Assembly: GCA_965198115.1 (NCBI GenBank)
Contig: OZ240241.1
Coordinates: 3,168,001 to 3,232,000, forward strand
From: Candidatus Latescibacterota bacterium
GTDB lineage: Bacteria > Latescibacterota > UBA2968
Length of the DNA: 64,000 bases
Reading direction: 5' to 3'
A model generated the notes under the pieces. The model worked only from the letters and a program-made list of their open reading frames with translations, was not told the DNA's origin and searched no databases. Below are positions 58,567 to 64,000 of this stretch, piece by piece. The translations under genes and the position numbers were made by a program. The stretch's first letter is position 1, and every line of letters starts with the position of its first letter.

Positions 58567-60447
58567 TTGTTCGATCGACGTTACCTCCCGACAGCCGACC
58601 ACGAATTCGTCGTCATCACGGACACGCACTATATGCTCGACGTCGGCGACGCCCCGCTCGAATTCGAATCGCGCCGCAAGCAGACCGCCCGCGCCGGTGT
58701 CGCGCTCTCGCTCGTCGCCGCGCTCGACGTCGACCACGTCGTCCACCTCGGCGATCTCAACCAGGAATACCCCGAAACCCCGGGCTTCGACCAGGCGCAG
58801 ACCGAAGCGCTCGCGCAAATTCGCGACCTCGGTCTGTCCCCCTACTTCGTGCCGGGCAACCACGACGTCGGAGACAAACCCGATCCCACGATGCCGACGC
58901 ACGACGTCTCGGCCGAAACCCTCGCGAAGTTCAACGAACGGATCGGCCCGACGTGGCAGCGCGTCGACATCGGCCCGCATCGCCTTCTCCTCATCAACTC
59001 CCAGATCCTCAACACCGACCTCTCGGAGGCCACCGAACAGCGCGCCTGGCTCGAGGCTCAGCTCACCGAAGCCGTCGCCGGCAGCACCTTCCTGTTCCTG
59101 CACCTGCCGCCCTACCTCTACGACGGCACGGAACAAGGCTTCGGTCACTACGACGTCATCGACGAACCCGATCGCAGCTGGCTGCTCGATCTGATTCGCA
59201 ACAGCGACGTCGACACCGTCGCCGCCGCGCACGTCCACTTCGCCTTCGCCGACCGAATCGGCAGTGCCCACTACCGGGTCCTCGCGTCGCCCTCGTTCGT
59301 ACGACCCGGCTTCTCACACCTGTTCACGTCCGCCGCGCCACCCGAACGAGGCCGTGACGACACATCCAAATTCGGTTTCACCCTCGTCCGGATCGCCGGC
59401 GATCGCACCGATCTCCACACCATTCGGACGGGCGGCGCCCAACAGGTCGATCCGCGAACACGGCTCCTCACGCGAACGAGCGCCGCCCTCCCGACCTCCC
59501 CCATCGGCGTCACCTTCCGAGAGGCCGTGTCACCCGTCGGGCGCGTGCCAATCGCGTGGCCCTCGGTCATCGTCCAACCCGTGCGGAACGACTATCCCCT
59601 TCTCTCGTGTCTGGAAATGGGCATCACCCACGTCCGTGTCCCCGCAACAGAAATGATGGACGAACGCCAGCTCGGCCGCATCGCGCTCCTCCGAGACCAC
59701 GGCGTCACGGTCACCGCCTTTCACCTGTTCGCCTATCCCTCCGCGGCGACAGAGATGGCCGGCCGTCTCCGCAACCGTGTCGACGGATTGGAGATTCAAT
59801 TCGCGGCCGAGTACGCCGACGACTTCGCCAAGGCGACCTCGAGCGATCTCTCACTGACATTGGCCCCGATCACGACCGGCGTCGTCATTGCCGGCAAGCA
59901 GCACCCCCGAACACGCGTCGGATACAGCCTCGACGAAGCCACCGACCCTGGCGACAGCCGAGCCCTCTGCCGAGTCGCGCCCGGAGATCGTCTGGACAAA
60001 TGGCTGACTACCCGTGCCGTCACCTCCGGCCGCGCTGACCTCGTCCTCGACCTGCCCGGCGAGGATGACACGATCAACGCGACACGGGTCGCCCACGGCC
60101 TCCTTGGCGCCGCGACCGCGCCGGGCACCAGGCTGTTCATCGATCCGCTCGCCGACCTCGACCGCACGATCGACGTGATGCACGGACTGATCGACACGCG
60201 CTGCAACCCACGCCCTGCGATGACCGTCGTCCGAATGCTCAACACCATCCTGTTCGCGAACAACGAAGCGTGGACCCTCGAATCCACGGATCCCTGGACC
60301 CTCTCATCCCCAAGGCGACGCCTCACCTTGAGCGAGAACGGCCATCCGGAAGAAACCCAATCCCTCTACGGCCTGACCACAGGCACCGTCACCAACGCCG
60401 GTGAGAACCTTGATGACCCAATCCTTCTGCTCGAATTCATCCAGTAG
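58567..60447 (+). CDS. Metallophosphoesterase with an uncharacterised C-terminal domain
   Basis: DTH, GD, GNHD, HLP, AHVH calcineurin-like motifs; RBS GAGG before TTG 58567. Confidence 0.85.
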   Translation: MFDRRYLPTADHEFVVITDTHYMLDVGDAPLEFESRRKQTARAGVALSLVAALDVDHVVHLGDLNQEYPETPGFDQAQTEALAQIRDLGLSPYFVPGNHDVGDKPDPTMPTHDVSAETLAKFNERIGPTWQRVDIGPHRLLLINSQILNTDLSEATEQRAWLEAQLTEAVAGSTFLFLHLPPYLYDGTEQGFGHYDVIDEPDRSWLLDLIRNSDVDTVAAAHVHFAFADRIGSAHYRVLASPSFVRPGFSHLFTSAAPPERGRDDTSKFGFTLVRIAGDRTDLHTIRTGGAQQVDPRTRLLTRTSAALPTSPIGVTFREAVSPVGRVPIAWPSVIVQPVRNDYPLLSCLEMGITHVRVPATEMMDERQLGRIALLRDHGVTVTAFHLFAYPSAATEMAGRLRNRVDGLEIQFAAEYADDFAKATSSDLSLTLAPITTGVVIAGKQHPRTRVGYSLDEATDPGDSRALCRVAPGDRLDKWLTTRAVTSGRADLVLDLPGEDDTINATRVAHGLLGAATAPGTRLFIDPLADLDRTIDVMHGLIDTRCNPRPAMTVVRMLNTILFANNEAWTLESTDPWTLSSPRRRLTLSENGHPEETQSLYGLTTGTVTNAGENLDDPILLLEFIQ

Positions 60448-60601
60448 TGGTCACGTTAGTATTTTGACCAACCTTTACGCCACAGCCTGGCTCTAACGAT
60501 TGACCGGTCGTCACCGTCAATCCATCGGTCATTCCGCCGATACATATAAGTAAGACGAACTTCAAAGCTCCCTGATCGTCTACACAGTAGTTCCAGTTTT
60601 C

Positions 60602-60625
60602 CTTCGTGTCTTGGTGTCTTCGTGG
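60602..60625. repeat. 8-bp-periodic repeat remnant
   Basis: CTTCGTGT CTTGGTGT CTTCGTGG. Confidence 0.55.
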
Positions 60626-60637
60626 TAAAGGTTTTCA

Positions 60638-61303
60638 ATGCTTCCATACGAGCAACTTGTCATCCGCGCCTCCTCCCCCGACGAAGACGACGCCCGTGAC
60701 GCGTTCGATCGCCTCGCCCGCGATTTTGGCGCATCGGTACACGCCCAGGCGCTAGGGCAGCTCGGCGACCACCACCTAGCCGAAGACGCAGCCCAGAACG
60801 CGCTCACGGAAGCCTATCTGAAGCTTCACCAACTCCAGGCCCCGCGCGCTTTTCCCGTATGGCTCAGACGCATCGTCCGAACCCAGTGCGAGCGCATTCG
60901 CCGCAGGCGCCAGCCCTCGCTCTCACTCGACGTCGAGGGAGACGAAGGGGCCCAGGTCATAGACAGCGCACCCAATCCACTGGATGAAGCCATCGCACGG
61001 GATCGTGACCGGATCCTGCACGAAGCCGTCGATCGACTACCCGATCACGAGCGTCGGACCGTCGAACTCTTCTACTTCGAGGATCAATCCCACGAGGAAG
61101 TCGCCCGACGCCTCGGGATACCCGCAAAAACCCTCAAAAGCCGCCTCTTCTCCGCACGCAGACATCTCCAGCCCACCTTGAGCCGACTCCTGTTGGATCG
61201 GAAGACCGCCACCCTCTGTCCGTTTCCCCCATCGCCGGTTCCACCGCCGTCGCTCAAGCCGCTTAAGTTACATATTATAAATTACTTAATTATCAACGTC
61301 TGA
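60638..61303 (+). CDS. ECF sigma factor
   Basis: AEDAAQNA, FPVWLRRIVR, LPDHERR...EVARRLGIPAKTLKSRLFSARR. Confidence 0.9.
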   Translation: MLPYEQLVIRASSPDEDDARDAFDRLARDFGASVHAQALGQLGDHHLAEDAAQNALTEAYLKLHQLQAPRAFPVWLRRIVRTQCERIRRRRQPSLSLDVEGDEGAQVIDSAPNPLDEAIARDRDRILHEAVDRLPDHERRTVELFYFEDQSHEEVARRLGIPAKTLKSRLFSARRHLQPTLSRLLLDRKTATLCPFPPSPVPPPSLKPLKLHIINYLIINV

Positions 61304-61471
61304 ATTTCCTCATAAAAGTGGCCCCGGGGCCACTTTCCCCATCTCCTCCTCGACCGTCGTTTCGGTTTTTCTCCCCCCAACTCCCCGGTTATCTTCCCTC
61401 GCCTGTCCGCCGTAGCATTCGCGGAGGCGGATCCTCCTCCTCCAATTCAAAGTCCCCTCTCGGATCGATCG

Positions 61472-63547
61472 ATGTCAGCCGTCGTCGCCGACACCCACTT
61501 TTTGCAGAAGCACGCCCGCTCCTGGACCCTGCCTGGCGGTCGTCACCCCAACGACATCCGCACCTTGGCTCGAACCTCCGATGGGGCCATCTGGGTCAGA
61601 ACGGCCGATGGGCTCTTCGCCTTCGACGACGGTGAATTCGACGCCGATGCAGACGTACCCTGCCGCGACATCAAGCGGCTCCGCGTCGAAGACCGAACCC
61701 TCCTGGCGTGCACCGCTCTCACCCTCAGCACCCGATCCGCGGGCCACGCGTGGGAGAACCTCATCGAAGAGACGTGGGACGCGGGTGCCGTCGTCGACGT
61801 GCTACCGGGCACACCGCCGTGCGTCCTCCTGACCGAAGCCGGCATCGGAACAGTCACGGACGGGACGTTCACTCGTGTCGTCGGCCTCTACGACTCTGAC
61901 GCGAACGACTACTGCATCGCCCGCCACGGCGACCACATCTGGATTGGCGGCCATCGCGGCCTCCGCGTCATCGGACCGGACGGCGCGACCGTCGCCCATC
62001 TCCTGGCCAACCTCCAACTCCGAGATATCGCTTTTGTCGACGGCGAAGCCGTCATCGCAACCTCGAGCCTCCTTTACCGCGTCTCCATCTCCTCGTACGA
62101 GATCTCCGCGATGGGGTCGCCTGTCGCCGACTTCCACGCCGTCGCTGCCGCCGGCGACTGGCTCTGGGCAGGATCGTCGCAGGGTCTGTGCGGATGGGAC
62201 GGCGATCGCTGGCACTACCTCGCCGGCTCGCGCTGGCTGCCCTCGAACGACGTTCGCACCGTCCTCTGCGTCGACGACACCGTCTACGCCGGCACGGGCA
62301 ACGGCCTCGCCCAAATCCGGCTCGAACCGACCACCCTCGAGCGCAAGGCCGTCGACTTCGGCACGCGCATCCGCGACCGCCACCTCCGGCTGAAGGGCTA
62401 CGTCACCTCATCACGTCTCGAGGTCCCCGGCGATCTCACCACGAGCCGCCCAGCTCCGTCCGACAACGACGGTCTCTGGACTGCGCTCTACCTCGCCGCC
62501 CAGTCCTACCGGTTCGCGGTAACCGAAGAACCCGAGGCACGCCAGTTCGCCGATCAGGCCTTCGACGCCCTAGCCTGGCTCGAAGCGGTCACGACCGTCG
62601 ACGGCTTCCCCACGAAGGCCGTCGTGTCACGCGACGAGGACACCGGCTCCGACCCCGTCACCTGGTATCCGAGCGAGGACGGCCAGTGGCTGTGGAAGGG
62701 CGATTGCAGCTCGGATGAAATCGACGGTCACTTCTACGGATATTCGATCTACCACGACCTCGCCGCCACCGAGGAGAAACGCGACGAAATCCGCGCCCTC
62801 GTCAACCGCATAATGGGTCACATCCTCGACAACGGTTACCTCCTCGTCTGCGCCGACGGCGAACGCACCCGCTGGGGCGTGTGGGCACCCGACTACCTGA
62901 ACGGTCACTGGCGTGCGCAAAGGGGCCTCAACTCGCTCGAGATTCTGTCCGCGCTCCGCACGGCTGAACACATCACCGGCAACAACCGCTACAGCGACGC
63001 CTACCGCGACCTGGTCGAAAACCACGGCTACGCCGAAAACGCCCGTCGGACCAAAATCACGACACCCGGCCACGTCAACCACTCGGACGACGAACTCGCC
63101 TTCATCTCCTACTACCCACTCCTCAAATACGAGACCGACAGCGGGCTCCGCGACCTCTACCTCGAAAGTCTGCGTCACGCGTGGGAGATCGAACGCCCCG
63201 AACGCAATCCGTGGTGGAACTTCATCTACAGCGCACTCACAGGATCGCAGACCGACATCGAGGAGGGGGCACGGACCCTTCGCGAAATCCCGTACGACCT
63301 CCTCAACTGGTCTGTCCACAACAGTCACCGCCGCGATGTCACGATCGACGCGCATCGGGGTCGCAAAGGCGAGGTGCAGTCCACCTCGGTCCTGCCTTAC
63401 GACGAACTACCGATGTCGAAGTGGAACGGAAACCCGTATTCTCTGGATGCGGCCACGAACGGCAACAGCGAGGACGACGGGACCTATTACATCCTGCCGT
63501 ATTGGATGGGAAGATACTACGGGTACATAGAAGCGAGTGAGAAGTAG
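61472..63547 (+). CDS. Hypothetical protein: beta-propeller-like N-half plus probable alpha/alpha-barrel C-half
   Basis: IWV/LWAG...GL repeats, WLPSNDVR; C-half SDNDGLWT, WKGDCSSDE, TRWG, NHSDDEL, YILPYWMGRY. Confidence 0.8.
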   Translation: MSAVVADTHFLQKHARSWTLPGGRHPNDIRTLARTSDGAIWVRTADGLFAFDDGEFDADADVPCRDIKRLRVEDRTLLACTALTLSTRSAGHAWENLIEETWDAGAVVDVLPGTPPCVLLTEAGIGTVTDGTFTRVVGLYDSDANDYCIARHGDHIWIGGHRGLRVIGPDGATVAHLLANLQLRDIAFVDGEAVIATSSLLYRVSISSYEISAMGSPVADFHAVAAAGDWLWAGSSQGLCGWDGDRWHYLAGSRWLPSNDVRTVLCVDDTVYAGTGNGLAQIRLEPTTLERKAVDFGTRIRDRHLRLKGYVTSSRLEVPGDLTTSRPAPSDNDGLWTALYLAAQSYRFAVTEEPEARQFADQAFDALAWLEAVTTVDGFPTKAVVSRDEDTGSDPVTWYPSEDGQWLWKGDCSSDEIDGHFYGYSIYHDLAATEEKRDEIRALVNRIMGHILDNGYLLVCADGERTRWGVWAPDYLNGHWRAQRGLNSLEILSALRTAEHITGNNRYSDAYRDLVENHGYAENARRTKITTPGHVNHSDDELAFISYYPLLKYETDSGLRDLYLESLRHAWEIERPERNPWWNFIYSALTGSQTDIEEGARTLREIPYDLLNWSVHNSHRRDVTIDAHRGRKGEVQSTSVLPYDELPMSKWNGNPYSLDAATNGNSEDDGTYYILPYWMGRYYGYIEASEK

Positions 63548-63549
63548 CG

Positions 63550-63615
63550 AATGATGACTTCAGAATGTTGAAGGCCATTCATCATTCGGAACTCGGTATT
63601 CGCTACTCGGTACTC
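63550..63615. repeat. Inverted 7-bp-periodic repeat pair
   Basis: GAATGAT GACTTCA GAATGTT facing TTCATCA TTCGGAA CTCGGTA TTCGCTA CTCGGTA. Confidence 0.55.
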
Positions 63616-64000
63616 GCCCTTCTTGTGAGCCGCAGCACGCAAGCAATCGCGCACACCACGAGCGAGGCGACGATGACCCACATCGGCGTGCGGGCGGCTT
63701 CCGCCAGGTCCGGCAGCCAGCGCAGGAACAACCCACACCCGGCGATGGCGAGCAGTTGCCAAACGCTCACGGTCAGAAACCGCCTGGCAAGTGCTCCTTT
63801 CTCAACGCCCTTTCGGTAATACGCCTCGGAGAGGATGATGATCGCCAGACCGCAGACTCCGAACAGGAAAAACCCGATCTTGTCGGCCAGCGCCGCCACC
63901 GGGGCGGTCGCGCCCACGAGAGCGATCGCAGCCAGTCCGACCTCGCGCAGCATGACGAGGTTCACGAAACCGAGCACCATCGTCACACACCACAGCAGGA
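63603..64000 (-). CDS. Membrane protein, 5' end outside the window
   Basis: Four hydrophobic helices, EAYYRKG motif. Confidence 0.7.
   Translation of the reverse strand, partial: LLWCVTMVLGFVNLVMLREVGLAAIALVGATAPVAALADKIGFFLFGVCGLAIIILSEAYYRKGVEKGALARRFLTVSVWQLLAIAGCGLFLRWLPDLAEAARTPMWVIVASLVVCAIACVLRLTRRASTE

Overview
64 kb of GC-rich bacterial chromosome. The gene mix (PhyH dioxygenases, Gfo/Idh/MocA, DUF1080, a secreted protein ending in a DFDGSGxIDFxDFLxF dockerin/EF-hand-like tail) suggests Candidatus Latescibacterota or a similar lineage; this is inference only. I found no rRNA, tRNA or CRISPR array. The window is IS-rich: four 1420-bp ISL3 copies (two in tandem, one nested in the end of an ISAzo13), two IS200, two IS256 remnants and several short intergenic repeat families. 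Many genes are frameshifted or carry nonsense codons. Metabolic and signalling content includes two TPP enzymes, a membrane flavoprotein-polyferredoxin, a phytochrome-type two-component cluster, envelope thiol-redox genes and a decayed S8/DUF1611/ACP/BtrH-like locus. Most notable: (1) a hidden secreted selenoprotein (UGIC motif, SECIS-like hairpin, thioredoxin fold + Ig repeats + dockerin-like tail) next to TlpA and DUF6029; (2) an NYN/PIN RNase gene missing from the ORF track, whose promoter and two-hairpin terminated leader (candidate RNA antitoxin or attenuator) were cut off by the tandem ISL3; (3) 8-bp-periodic inverted repeats linked to a GxxExxY nuclease fragment, also present as an empty cassette; (4) a 60-aa ORF with structured 5' and 3' UTRs. 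All family assignments are by motif recognition, without database searches.
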